Made by a program: the position numbers and the translations under genes | The notes under the pieces: generated by a model | Seen by the model: only the letters and a program-made list of their open reading frames with translations | Database searches by the model: none | What the model was told of the DNA's origin: nothing | Assembly (NCBI GenBank): GCA_049517555.1 | Contig: JBEKRY010000001.1 | Span: forward strand, 700 to 64,699 | Length of the DNA stretch: 64,000 nucleotides | Direction of reading: 5' to 3' | DNA from: Candidatus Sulfotelmatobacter sp. | GTDB lineage: Bacteria > Acidobacteriota > Terriglobia > Terriglobales > Acidobacteriaceae | Shown here: piece by piece, positions 55,328-64,000 of the stretch | Layout of the letters: each line of letters opens with the position of its first letter | Position numbering within the stretch: position 1 is the stretch's first letter

Positions 55328-56110
55328 ATGGATTTCAAAGCGATCCAGCTCGGATACGACGGCGGCGTAGCTACCATTACTCTGAACCGTCCTGAAAAGC
55401 GCAACGCCATCAGCTTCGAACTGATTGACGACCTGCTGCGCGCGCTGGAGGAGGTGGAGAAGTCAGAGGCCATCGTCCTGATCGTGACCGGAGCAGGCAG
55501 GGCATTTTGCTCTGGGATGGATCTGGAGAATCTGAAATCGCTGTTGGGCTGTTCGCCGGAACAGAACCTGCAGGATTCGCAGACCATGGTGCAGTTGTTT
55601 CGCTCGCTGTATGAATTCCCTAGAGTCACGATCGCCGCAGTCAATGGCCCGGCGATCGCCGGCGGGACTGGGCTGGCGCTGCTGTGCGACTTCACGCTGG
55701 CCGTTCCGGAGGCGAAGTTCGGCTACACCGAGGTACGCATCGGCTTTGTGCCCGCGATTGTTTCAACATTCCTGTTGCGGCAGGTGGGGGAAAAACAGGC
55801 TCGCGATCTTCTGCTGACGGGAAGAATCTTTGGGGCAGACGAGGCAGCGCATATGGGTCTGATCAATGAGATTGTGCCCGCGGAGAATTTGATGGCGCGG
55901 GCCCGTCAGTTGGCAGCGCTGCTGATCGAAAACAGTCCGGCATCGTTGCGCGCGACCAAACAATTGCTCACCGATCATGCTCGGGCCGAGATCGATGTTC
56001 AGATTGAAGCAGCGGTGCGGGAGAATGCCGCGATTCGCGCGACCTCGGATTTCCGTGAAGGGATTTCGTCATTCCTCGAGAAGCGCAAACCAGTGTGGAC
56101 GGGGAAATGA
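55328..56110 (+). CDS. Enoyl-CoA hydratase/isomerase (crotonase) family; the context suggests methylglutaconyl-CoA hydratase
   Basis: ORF-track frame is 55292..56110, with the start at the Met at 55328. It has ATITLNRPEKRNAIS, VTGAGRAFCSGMDL and AAVNGPAIAGGTGLALLCD. Confidence 0.8.
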   Translation: MDFKAIQLGYDGGVATITLNRPEKRNAISFELIDDLLRALEEVEKSEAIVLIVTGAGRAFCSGMDLENLKSLLGCSPEQNLQDSQTMVQLFRSLYEFPRVTIAAVNGPAIAGGTGLALLCDFTLAVPEAKFGYTEVRIGFVPAIVSTFLLRQVGEKQARDLLLTGRIFGADEAAHMGLINEIVPAENLMARARQLAALLIENSPASLRATKQLLTDHARAEIDVQIEAAVRENAAIRATSDFREGISSFLEKRKPVWTGK

Positions 56111-56535
56111 ATTCAAACAACCATGCGTTCCACGAAACACGGCTGCGCGTGCGCTATGCTGAAACCGACCAGATGGGCGTTGTCTACCATGCAAACCATT
56201 TGATTTGGTTTGAGGTGGGCCGAGTGGAGTTGCTGCGCGAGCTAGGCTTTTCCTACCGGGATATGGAACGTGAGGATGGGCGCTACATCGCTGTCGCTGA
56301 AGTTACGTGCCGTTATCGCGCTCCGGTATTCTACGACGATGAAATTGTGGTGAGGACACGTCTGAAGACCGCGCGGGAATCGGTGGTTGTTTTCAGCTAC
56401 GAATTGGTACGAGCTGACAACCGCACGCTTGTGGCGGAAGGCGAGACCACGCACATCGTCACCGATTCAAAGATGAAAGTTGCGGCGCTGCCGGAAAAGT
56501 ATTTAACGGCGTTCCGCGCAGCCATGGGGAAATAA
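56107..56535 (+). CDS. YbgC/4HBT-family acyl-CoA thioesterase
   Basis: ATGA overlap with the upstream stop. It has VRYAETDQMGVVYHANHLIWFEVGRVELLRELG (hotdog fold). Confidence 0.8.
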   Translation: MNSNNHAFHETRLRVRYAETDQMGVVYHANHLIWFEVGRVELLRELGFSYRDMEREDGRYIAVAEVTCRYRAPVFYDDEIVVRTRLKTARESVVVFSYELVRADNRTLVAEGETTHIVTDSKMKVAALPEKYLTAFRAAMGK

Positions 56536-56551
56536 CGATGGGAAGGGTTGC

Positions 56552-58087
56552 TTGAACGCACTGCACATCAACGGAAACGATCTCACGCTCGAAGCTGTAG
56601 GCGAAGTCGCGAATATTGAATCCCGGCGCGCCGCGCTGCTTTCGCCGGACGCGCGGCAGGCAGTCAACCTGGCACGTGCGGTTGTCGACGAGATTGTCGC
56701 CAGCAACAAACTCGCTTACGCCATCACCACGGGCGTCGGCAAGCTGAGCGACGTGCGCATCGCCGGCGACCAGATTCGCGAGTTGCAGGTAAACCTGGTG
56801 CGTTCGCATGCGGTTGGCGTAGGAGAGCCGCTGGCCGTTGCCGAGACGCGGGCAATGATGTTGCTGCGGGCGAATTCGCTCGCCAAGGGCCACTCCGGGG
56901 TGCGCGCCATCGTCATTGATACTCTTTGCGAAATGCTCAACCGCGGCGTCACGCCCTATGTGCCGTCGCAGGGCAGCGTAGGCGCGAGCGGCGATCTGGC
57001 TCCCCTGGCACATCTGGCGCTGGCTCTGATTGGCGAGGGTGAGTGCTTTGACGACCGAGCAGTGCGCGTTCCCAGCGCGGAGGCGTTCAAGCGAGCGCAG
57101 ATCAAGCCGCTCGTGCTTGAGGCCAAGGAAACGATTTCGCTCATCAATGGAACGCAGGCCATGCTGGCGATCGGAACTCTGGCGCTACTGGCGGCGGAAA
57201 CGCTCGTAGATACCGCCGACGTTTTGGGCGGACTGTGCTGCGACGCACTCAAAGGAACCGATACGGCTTTTGACGAGCGCATCCACAAGGCGCGGCCACA
57301 CGCCGGACAAGTGAAAACCGCGGCCAACCTGCGCCGCATGCTGGAAGGAAGCCAGATCCGCGAGTCGCACCGCGATTGCGGTCGCGTGCAGGACGCTTAC
57401 TCGTTGCGCTGCATCCCACAAGTCCACGGAGCGGTGCGCGATACGCTGGCGCACTGTCGCGAAGTGTTTGAAATTGAGGCTAATTCCGCAGTCGACAATC
57501 CGCTGGTGTTTTTAACGGATGCAAAGAATGCTGAGGGCGATGTCATCTCCGGCGGAAATTTTCACGGCGAACCTTTGGCATTTGCGTTAGACTTTCTTGC
57601 CATCGCGCTCAGTGCGCTCGCCGGCATCAGCGAGCGCCGGATCGAACGGCTTGTAAATCCAGCGCTCAGCGAGGGTTTGCCTCCGTTTCTTGCCGCCGGT
57701 GCCGGCCTTAATTCCGGCTTTATGATGCCGCAGGTCACGGCGGCGGCTCTGGTGAGCGAGAACAAAGTACTGGCCCATCCTGCCTCCGTTGATTCAATTA
57801 CTACATCTGGGAACAAGGAGGATTACGTCTCGATGGGGATGACTGCCGCGACTAAGCTGAAGCGCATCGTTGACAATACACGAAATGTATTGGCCATCGA
57901 GGCTATGGCGGTGGCGCAGGCGCTCGATTTTCTTGCGCCGCTAAAAACTTCGAAGCGCGGCCAGATGGCGCATGCTTCGATCCGCTCGGTGTGCCCAACT
58001 ATGGAAAAAGACCGCGTAATGTACGGCGATTTCGCTCGGATTGCTGCCCTCCTCGGCAGTGGAAAAGTGGCCGAGGCACTGCGCTAA
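56552..58087 (+). CDS. hutH: Histidine ammonia-lyase
   Basis: 511-aa ORF with a TTG start per the track. It has the MIO-forming [17 protein letters not shown] block and colinear HAL/PAL blocks. Confidence 0.9.
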   Translation: MNALHINGNDLTLEAVGEVANIESRRAALLSPDARQAVNLARAVVDEIVASNKLAYAITTGVGKLSDVRIAGDQIRELQVNLVRSHAVGVGEPLAVAETRAMMLLRANSLAKGHSGVRAIVIDTLCEMLNRGVTPYVPSQGSVGASGDLAPLAHLALALIGEGECFDDRAVRVPSAEAFKRAQIKPLVLEAKETISLINGTQAMLAIGTLALLAAETLVDTADVLGGLCCDALKGTDTAFDERIHKARPHAGQVKTAANLRRMLEGSQIRESHRDCGRVQDAYSLRCIPQVHGAVRDTLAHCREVFEIEANSAVDNPLVFLTDAKNAEGDVISGGNFHGEPLAFALDFLAIALSALAGISERRIERLVNPALSEGLPPFLAAGAGLNSGFMMPQVTAAALVSENKVLAHPASVDSITTSGNKEDYVSMGMTAATKLKRIVDNTRNVLAIEAMAVAQALDFLAPLKTSKRGQMAHASIRSVCPTMEKDRVMYGDFARIAALLGSGKVAEALR

Positions 58088-58110
58088 GCGAAGGTCGACA
58101 ACTCAAGCAC

Positions 58111-58524
58111 ATGACTACCCTTACGGAATACTTGAAATTTCATACTAAGACGCATCGAGCCTATGTGCACATCACGCCGCAGGTCGAGCAGATCGTTGCC
58201 AAGAGCGGAGTGAGGGAGGGGATGGTGCTGGTCTCGGCCATGCACATCACTGCGGGCGTGTATGTCAACGATAATGAGAGCGGCTTGATCGAAGACATCG
58301 ACCAGTGGTTGGAACATCTGGCGCCATTTCGCAAAGATTACAAGCATCATGAGACGGGCGAGGACAACGGCGACTCCCATCTGAAAGCGCTGCTAATCCA
58401 TCATGAAGTGATCGTACCCATAACCGCGGGCAAGCTCGATCTGGGCACGTGGCAGCGAATTTTCTATGCGGAATTCGACGGGCAGCGAGACAAGCGGGTC
58501 ATTGTAAAAGTTATGGGGGAGTGA
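58111..58524 (+). CDS. YjbQ/UPF0047-family protein (secondary thiamine-phosphate synthase family)
   Basis: The track ORF starts at 57991, inside hutH; I place the start at the ATG at 58111. It has [29 protein letters not shown] and [17 protein letters not shown]. Confidence 0.8.
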   Translation: MTTLTEYLKFHTKTHRAYVHITPQVEQIVAKSGVREGMVLVSAMHITAGVYVNDNESGLIEDIDQWLEHLAPFRKDYKHHETGEDNGDSHLKALLIHHEVIVPITAGKLDLGTWQRIFYAEFDGQRDKRVIVKVMGE

Positions 58525-58528
58525 CGAT

Positions 58529-59071
58529 ATGTCCGAAGAACTGACCGAATTGCAGGAACACGCGGAGCATGCGAAACACGATCCCACGCTCGCGCCCGTC
58601 TCGTTGACTATGGCGGTGCTGGCCGTGCTGGTGGCGGTGGTGACGCTACTCGGACATCGCGCCCACACGGAAGAAGTTGTGCTTCAGGCGAAGTCGTCCG
58701 ATCAGTGGGCATACTATCAAGCCAAGAATATCCGGCGGCATACGGATGAACTTTTCCTCGACTTAACTTCCGTGGAAGCGACCACCGACCCGGCGGTGCT
58801 CGCGAAGGAACGCGACAAATATTCAAGCGAGGCTACGCGCTACAAGGATGAGCAAAAAGGAATCGAAGACACTGCCCATGAGATGGAGGCAGAAGTTGCG
58901 CATGAAAGAAATCGTGCCGACCGCTTCGACCTGGCCGAAGTCCTCCTGGAAGTGGGCTTGGTGATCACGTCGATCACGCTGCTCTCCGGGCGAAGAATCT
59001 TCTGGGCTTTGGGTATTCTCCTCGGAGTCGTGGGCATCGTCGTGGCCACGACGGGATTCCTGGTGCATTGA
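58529..59071 (+). CDS. DUF4337-like membrane protein
   Basis: 180-aa ORF. It has an internal helix, SDQWAYYQAKNIRR, a coiled region and two C-terminal helices. Confidence 0.55.
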   Translation: MSEELTELQEHAEHAKHDPTLAPVSLTMAVLAVLVAVVTLLGHRAHTEEVVLQAKSSDQWAYYQAKNIRRHTDELFLDLTSVEATTDPAVLAKERDKYSSEATRYKDEQKGIEDTAHEMEAEVAHERNRADRFDLAEVLLEVGLVITSITLLSGRRIFWALGILLGVVGIVVATTGFLVH

Positions 59072-59102
59072 GCGATCGGATCGGGGACGCGGCCGGAACC
59101 GG

Positions 59103-60884
59103 TTAGGCGCGCCCGCTCTTCGGTACGGAAGAGGCGGCCAACGTTTCGTCATTTCCTCCGGCCTTGACTACGAGGAACTGACCGATCGCCAGCGCATCCA
59201 TGCGGGTGCGCCGGAAGCAGTCGACCGCTTCTTCCGGAGTGCAGACGATGGGCTCATTCTCGTTGAAGCTGGTGTTCAGAATTACGGGAGTCCCGGTCTT
59301 GCGATGGAAAGCCGAGATCAGGTCGTAGTACATCGGATTTTCCTCGCGAGTCACGCTCTGCAAACGGCCGGTATCGTCCACATGGTTCACTGCACATAGT
59401 TCTTTACGCTTCTCCGACCGGATTTTGTAAACGTGCAACATAAAGGGCGAGGGGTGATTGTGCTCGAAGTACTCATGCTGATGGTCGGCCATAATTGATG
59501 GAGCGAAGGGGCGAAACCACTCGCGCTGCTTGATGCGGGCGTTGAGAACCTCCTTCATATTTGGCAAACCCGGGTGGGCGACGATCGAGCGATTGCCGAG
59601 CGCGCGCGGGCCCCACTCCATGCGTCCCTGAAACCAGCCGACGACCTTGCCGGCGGCGATCTCTTCGGCAACCTCATCGAGTAGTGCGGCGCAGTCCAAC
59701 TTGCGATATTGCAAATCGGCGCTCTGTAATGCCGATTGAATGCGCGACTCGGAAAAATCCGGACCGAGGTAAGAATTCGTCATTTGGTGCCGACGAGGCT
59801 GTTTCAGCACGGAATGATACGTGTGCAGAGCTGCTCCAATGGCCAAGCCCTCGTCCCCAGCGGCCGGCTGAATGTAAGTCCGGCGAAACGGAGTACGGTC
59901 GAATATCTTGCCGTTGGCCACGCTGTTGAGTGCACAGCCGCCTGCCATGGCGAGGTCTTCGGAAGGCACTCGGCCGTGAAGCTGGTTCAGCAGATGAAAG
60001 ACAATCTCTTCAAAGTGATGCTGAAGGGCGAATGCCAGGTCCATGTCACGCTGGGAAATTTCGGCATGCGGCCGACGTGGCTCGCCAAATAACTTCTCCA
60101 TCCGGTCCGAGAAATGGCGCGCCAGCTTAACGGTACCGTCTGGCAACACCTGCATTCCCTGGTTGCTGCCGAGCGGTTTGAAATAACTGAGATCAAGATG
60201 AAAGCCACCATTCTTAGGCGTTACGATCTTGCCGATCTCGCTGCAAAATGTGTCCTTGCCGTAAGGCGCGAGTCCCATGACTTTGCCCTCATCGCCGTAC
60301 TGGCTATAGCCGATGAATTCGCAAATCATGGTATAGAAACTGCCCAACGAGTGCGGCAGGAATACGCGGTCGAGAACTTCAATCTCGTTGTTTTCGCAAC
60401 GAGCCATCATCGTCGAAACAAAATCGCCGGAACCGTCATAGCTGAATCCAGCCGCTTTTTCCCAGGGCGAGCAGTAGTACGCACTGGCGATGTGGGCGAT
60501 GTGGTGTTCGACATGGTGCTCCTGAAAACGCAGCTGTGTGGAATCAACATCGAGCGCCTTGGCGAGCAGCGAACGCACATCGCGCATCTTCTCTTTGCGC
60601 TGGCGGAGATGAATGAAATTCAGAATCTTGGCCGGATTCGCGAGGGCGTATTGAACTTTCTTCGCAAGATTCGCGTCGCTATCCTGGCCAACGGCTACGT
60701 GTTCGACATCAGAAATCTTCACGCCGATTGCGTCCAGGCAAGCCTTTGCCGACAGCGCCGGAAAACCGCCGAAATGTTTATGACGGTTCAGCCGTTCCTC
60801 GGCAATGGCGAATTTCACTTCGCCGTCGAGCAGGATCGCCGCAGAGGCGTCGGCGTGAAACATATTGAGGCCCAAGATGATCAT
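59103..60884 (-). CDS. Carbamoyltransferase (NodU/CmcH family)
   Basis: 593-aa ORF. It has MIILGLNMFHADASAAILLDGEVKFAIAEERLNRHKH and the C-terminal block VILNTSFNENEPIVCTPEEAVDCF. Confidence 0.85.
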   Translation of the reverse strand: MIILGLNMFHADASAAILLDGEVKFAIAEERLNRHKHFGGFPALSAKACLDAIGVKISDVEHVAVGQDSDANLAKKVQYALANPAKILNFIHLRQRKEKMRDVRSLLAKALDVDSTQLRFQEHHVEHHIAHIASAYYCSPWEKAAGFSYDGSGDFVSTMMARCENNEIEVLDRVFLPHSLGSFYTMICEFIGYSQYGDEGKVMGLAPYGKDTFCSEIGKIVTPKNGGFHLDLSYFKPLGSNQGMQVLPDGTVKLARHFSDRMEKLFGEPRRPHAEISQRDMDLAFALQHHFEEIVFHLLNQLHGRVPSEDLAMAGGCALNSVANGKIFDRTPFRRTYIQPAAGDEGLAIGAALHTYHSVLKQPRRHQMTNSYLGPDFSESRIQSALQSADLQYRKLDCAALLDEVAEEIAAGKVVGWFQGRMEWGPRALGNRSIVAHPGLPNMKEVLNARIKQREWFRPFAPSIMADHQHEYFEHNHPSPFMLHVYKIRSEKRKELCAVNHVDDTGRLQSVTREENPMYYDLISAFHRKTGTPVILNTSFNENEPIVCTPEEAVDCFRRTRMDALAIGQFLVVKAGGNDETLAASSVPKSGRA

Positions 60885-60940
60885 GAACTAGTTTCGTCTC
60901 CTCTGACGGTGCAGGTGTAATCGGGTCATTCTCTATCGAA

Positions 60941-63229
60941 TCATTCTTCCAGGCGGGCATTTCGGTTGGAGTTCGCGGTCGGAGTTTTCTGAGCAGCGTC
61001 AATCAAGGCGGAGGCATTTACTGCGAGCCGTCTTCCGCTGGCGATCGATTCATTGATGCGGAGCGTCGCGAGCGTAGCGCATACCAAATCCTCGAACCGG
61101 ATGGGCGATTCGTCCCTCCGTTGTGCGGCTTGCGCGAATGCTGCCCACTCGCCGCGATGTCCTTTATCCTGGCGCCAGCGTGAATGGACCACTTCTTTGC
61201 GGCCGTTGCGGACTAATTCGAGACGGCGAAAGTCATCGAGCACCGCGGCGCTGCCTCCGCCGAACACTTCGATTCGCTCCTTGGACAATGCTCGGTCGCC
61301 GTTCGCTAGATAGCTAACCGATCCCTCAGAGCCATTCGCAAAACGAAGCGAGACCAGCACATTGTCACCGCTGTAGCGCGGTGAGTTTCCGACGGCTCTG
61401 GCCTCGGCCTCGACGACGGGCGAATTCGCAAGAAACATCAACAGATCCACGAAATGGCATACTTCACCGAGAATGCGGCCGCCTCCTTGCTCGCGATCGT
61501 TGACCCAGTGGTCGGCGGGAAGATATCCCGCGTTGACGCGACAGTGCAGCGCCAGCGGCTCCGAAATTGGCGCGAGGAACGACTTCATGCGCGCCGTCAT
61601 GGGCGCGAAACGGCGGTTGAATCCGACCATCAGCACTGAGCGGCTGGAGGAACGAATTCCAAGATAAGCGCCGGCAATCGAGCGCAATTCCTCCTCAGAA
61701 AGGCAGAGCGGCTTCTCACAGAAGACGTGTTTCCCCGCGGCGAGCGCGGAAAGCACTTGTCTTGCATGAAGATGATGGCGAGTAGCGATCACGACCGCGT
61801 TGATCGCGGGGTCGTGAATGACTTGCGCCTCGTCGGTGGTGGCATAGCGAAAACCAAATTTGCGCCCGGCATGTTGTGCGTGAGGTCCAGTCGCGGCGCA
61901 CACTCCGACCAGCGTGGTACTGGCTGACGCTTTCATTGCGGGAATGAGTGTGCCGGTGGAAAAAACTCCAGCGCCGAGCAGACCGACGGAAATGCCGCTC
62001 AAGGCTTCCTGCGATCGCGGCTGGCCCGGGACGCGGTCAGGGAGAACTGTAAGGGTACGGGCCGCGTCCTCGCTCCCTGCGTACTGAATCACCACGCCCA
62101 GAAATGGCTCGCGCGATTTTCCGGTAATCAAGTCATATGCACTCTGGGCGCGCTCAATGGAAAAACGATGTGTGATCAAGGCACCGACGTCAATTTTATT
62201 TTCGGCGAGAAGTTGCACAAACGCTTCCATGTTGCGATTCTCGGACCAACGCACGTAGCCAATTGGATAGTCGCGCCCTTTTTGCTCGTAAGCCGCGTCA
62301 TAACGCCCCGGACCGTAAGAACGCGAGACGCGGAAGTCGAGTTCCTTTTCGTAATACGCTTTGCGCTCAATGTCCATACCAACAGTACCGACAGCGACGA
62401 CGACGGCGCGATCGCGGGCAATCGCGCCGGCCAGATTCACCGGATCGCTGCTGGGCGTTTCGGCGGTGATGAGAACCGAGTCAACGCCCGCGCCACGCGA
62501 CGTCTCCATGCAGAGATCGCGAAACGTTGCGGCTGAGTTGGCCGCGCCGTCGGCCCCCATCTGCCGGGCTAGATCGACGCGCACAGGGTCTAGATCCATG
62601 CCGAGAACGCGGCAGCCCGCCGCCTTCAGAAGCTGTACCGTGAGTTGGCCCAGCAGACCAAGGCCAATCACCGCAACCAGATCGCCGAGCTTGGCTTCGG
62701 CATTCCGTATGCCGTGCAGAGCAACCGCTCCCAGCGTCGCGAAAGCGGCCTCATCGAATGGAACTTTGTCGGTGCCGGCCACACCGCCGCTGATCGTTCG
62801 CGCAGGAATACGTGCCACGAGTAGCCGCGGCACACATGCAATCTCCGCGTGAACGGCAAATCCAGCTCCGGCGCAAGCGACGCGATCCCCGGGCTGCAAG
62901 TCGGTTACGCCTTCGCCCACCGCGATGACCGTTCCCGCGCTGCTGTAGCCAGGACTTTGTGGCTGGTCGAGACGGCTGCGCACCGACTGGATCGCCGAGA
63001 AAATTCCGTCGCGCTGCACTTTACTGATTACTTCGCGCACCAAGTCAGGTCTCGACTGTGCCTTTTGCAACAGACTCTTCCGGGCGAACTCGGCGGACGC
63101 GCGCTCAGTTCCGGCAGATACGACCGAGGCCGCGACGCGCACCAGCACGCAGCCGGGCAGAAGTTGCGGCGCGGGAACGTCTTCCACCGTGATCTCGCCC
63201 GTGCGCGCGTGTTGCAGAATCTGCTTCAT
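60941..63229 (-). CDS. Bi-domain oxidoreductase: an N-terminal zinc-type alcohol-dehydrogenase-like domain fused to a C-terminal Gfo/Idh/MocA-type domain
   Basis: 762-aa ORF. N-terminal blocks are PGCVLVRVAASVVSAGTE, GYSSAGTVIAVGEGV and VIGLGLLGQL. The second Rossmann fold is VGLLGAGVFSTGTLIPA, followed by ...HVFCEKPL. Confidence 0.7.
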   Translation of the reverse strand: MKQILQHARTGEITVEDVPAPQLLPGCVLVRVAASVVSAGTERASAEFARKSLLQKAQSRPDLVREVISKVQRDGIFSAIQSVRSRLDQPQSPGYSSAGTVIAVGEGVTDLQPGDRVACAGAGFAVHAEIACVPRLLVARIPARTISGGVAGTDKVPFDEAAFATLGAVALHGIRNAEAKLGDLVAVIGLGLLGQLTVQLLKAAGCRVLGMDLDPVRVDLARQMGADGAANSAATFRDLCMETSRGAGVDSVLITAETPSSDPVNLAGAIARDRAVVVAVGTVGMDIERKAYYEKELDFRVSRSYGPGRYDAAYEQKGRDYPIGYVRWSENRNMEAFVQLLAENKIDVGALITHRFSIERAQSAYDLITGKSREPFLGVVIQYAGSEDAARTLTVLPDRVPGQPRSQEALSGISVGLLGAGVFSTGTLIPAMKASASTTLVGVCAATGPHAQHAGRKFGFRYATTDEAQVIHDPAINAVVIATRHHLHARQVLSALAAGKHVFCEKPLCLSEEELRSIAGAYLGIRSSSRSVLMVGFNRRFAPMTARMKSFLAPISEPLALHCRVNAGYLPADHWVNDREQGGGRILGEVCHFVDLLMFLANSPVVEAEARAVGNSPRYSGDNVLVSLRFANGSEGSVSYLANGDRALSKERIEVFGGGSAAVLDDFRRLELVRNGRKEVVHSRWRQDKGHRGEWAAFAQAAQRRDESPIRFEDLVCATLATLRINESIASGRRLAVNASALIDAAQKTPTANSNRNARLEE

Positions 63230-64000
63230 GCCGTAGCCACATGTTGCGGAGGGAGCGACTCGGCTTCAAACTTTCGCGCTCCTCCATCCATGAATGTTTT
63301 CATCCACAGTTCGAGCGTCAGGAATTGCCAAAGCTGCATCGACCAGTCGTGCCGGCCGCTACGATGCTCATCAATGTAACGCTGTACGACCGCAGGCTGA
63401 AATAGGCCACGGTTGCGCAGTTGCGCCGGTGAAAGCAAATCATCCAGCATTTCCTTAAGGTCATGCGCCAACCAATAGTCTACTGGAGCGGCGAAGCCGG
63501 CTTTCGGCTGCCGCAACACCTCGCGCGGCAAAACATCCTGCATCGCTTTACGGAAGATGTATTTCGTCATTGGCTGCAGAAAGCCGTGTACCTTCATCTT
63601 CGGTGGAACATTCCATGCTACAAATTCGGCCAGCTCACGATCCAGAAACGGAACCCGCACTTCGACCGACGACGCCATACTCATCTTGTCGTTGTAAGTG
63701 AGATTGAGGCTCGTCATGAAGATTTTGGTGTCGAGATAGAGCATCTGGTGCAGGAAGTCGGTATCGCAAACGCGGCTGAATGCGGCGCGGTGCTCGCAGG
63801 CAGGATCAGAGGCTGAAACTTCGTCGATGAACGAAGGAGTGTAGAGATTCGACTTCTGGTCCGCATTGAGATAGGTACAGTTTGCGATGAAGCGGTCGAC
63901 GGGGTCGAGCGATGCACTGCGTGCCATTTTTTTCGCCAGGCGCAATCTTCCCTTCAGAATGCTGCCGCGAAAGCTCGGCAGTGCCGCGAAACCAGCCTCA
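63226..64000 (-). CDS. Asparagine synthase (glutamine-hydrolysing) family, C-terminal part; the 5' end lies beyond the window
   Basis: The track ORF is 63226..63945, but I checked that the frame stays open to position 64000 (...EAGFAALPSFRGSILKGRLRLAKK...). It has the AsnB-type block DKMSMASSVEVRVPFLD and KAGFAAPVDYWL. Its stop overlaps the downstream start by 4 nt. Confidence 0.85.
   Translation of the reverse strand, partial: EAGFAALPSFRGSILKGRLRLAKKMARSASLDPVDRFIANCTYLNADQKSNLYTPSFIDEVSASDPACEHRAAFSRVCDTDFLHQMLYLDTKIFMTSLNLTYNDKMSMASSVEVRVPFLDRELAEFVAWNVPPKMKVHGFLQPMTKYIFRKAMQDVLPREVLRQPKAGFAAPVDYWLAHDLKEMLDDLLSPAQLRNRGLFQPAVVQRYIDEHRSGRHDWSMQLWQFLTLELWMKTFMDGGARKFEAESLPPQHVATA

Noticed and set aside
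1-64000. Window-wide scan for CRISPR arrays, tRNA/rRNA genes, transposases, integrases, phage genes or known defence-system genes.
   Set aside because: I found no regularly spaced direct repeats, no T-loop-like GGTTCGAATCC-type sequences in the intergenic regions, and no recombinase/transposase-like translations. This was checked by eye only, so short or degenerate elements could be missed.

Overview
This is a 64-kb, GC-rich, gene-dense chromosomal segment with about 48 protein-coding genes. I saw no rRNA, tRNA, CRISPR array, transposase or integrase. The protein repertoire resembles Acidobacteriota (Terriglobia-like): a giant NHL/Ig/FG-GAP surface protein, three CRTAC1-type FG-GAP + ASPIC/UnbV proteins, a CadC-like wHTH-TM-TPR regulator and a TAT-exported GMC-oxidoreductase trio. 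That taxonomic placement is inference only. Contents from left to right: (i) 1-3187 (-) is the 5' part of a secreted fibre-like protein with beta-roll repeats, a collagen-like Gly-X-Y stretch and propeller-type repeats. The ORF track misses it because it has no stop codon inside the window. (ii) A CadC-like regulator, a 2089-aa NHL/Ig/FG-GAP mosaic protein and a small OM beta-barrel. (iii) A halogenase-like flavoprotein, divergent from an eight-gene, tightly packed operon (15464-26798). This operon joins a FixH/FixG-like redox-metal membrane module and an RnfD/NqrB-like membrane protein to three FG-GAP/ASPIC proteins. (iv) A thiol/redox island (26985-33378): DinB, two AhpD/CMD-family paralogs flanking an MFS gene, a TAT transglutaminase-like protein and GGT. 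(v) A SulP transporter. (vi) A sulfur-scavenging regulon (35888-45800): SfnB-like, ssuABC, ssuD, a second ABC importer set and an SfnR-like sigma-54 activator, with a palindromic sigma-54 promoter element in the divergent spacer. (vii) A TAT sugar-isomerase/GMC-oxidoreductase trio, ChrA and an AlkA-like glycosylase. (viii) An orphan B12-binding subunit, leucine-catabolism-type genes, HutH, YjbQ and DUF4337. (ix) Carbamoyltransferase, a bi-domain oxidoreductase and a partial asparagine synthase at the right edge. The strongest single observation is an in-frame TGA exactly at the second Cys of the CxxCxxxH redox motif of one AhpD-family gene, followed by a SECIS-like hairpin. This makes it a candidate selenoprotein that the ORF track splits in two. 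The best candidate for an undescribed system is the 15464-26798 operon. All functional calls come from reading the translations by eye; no database search was run.
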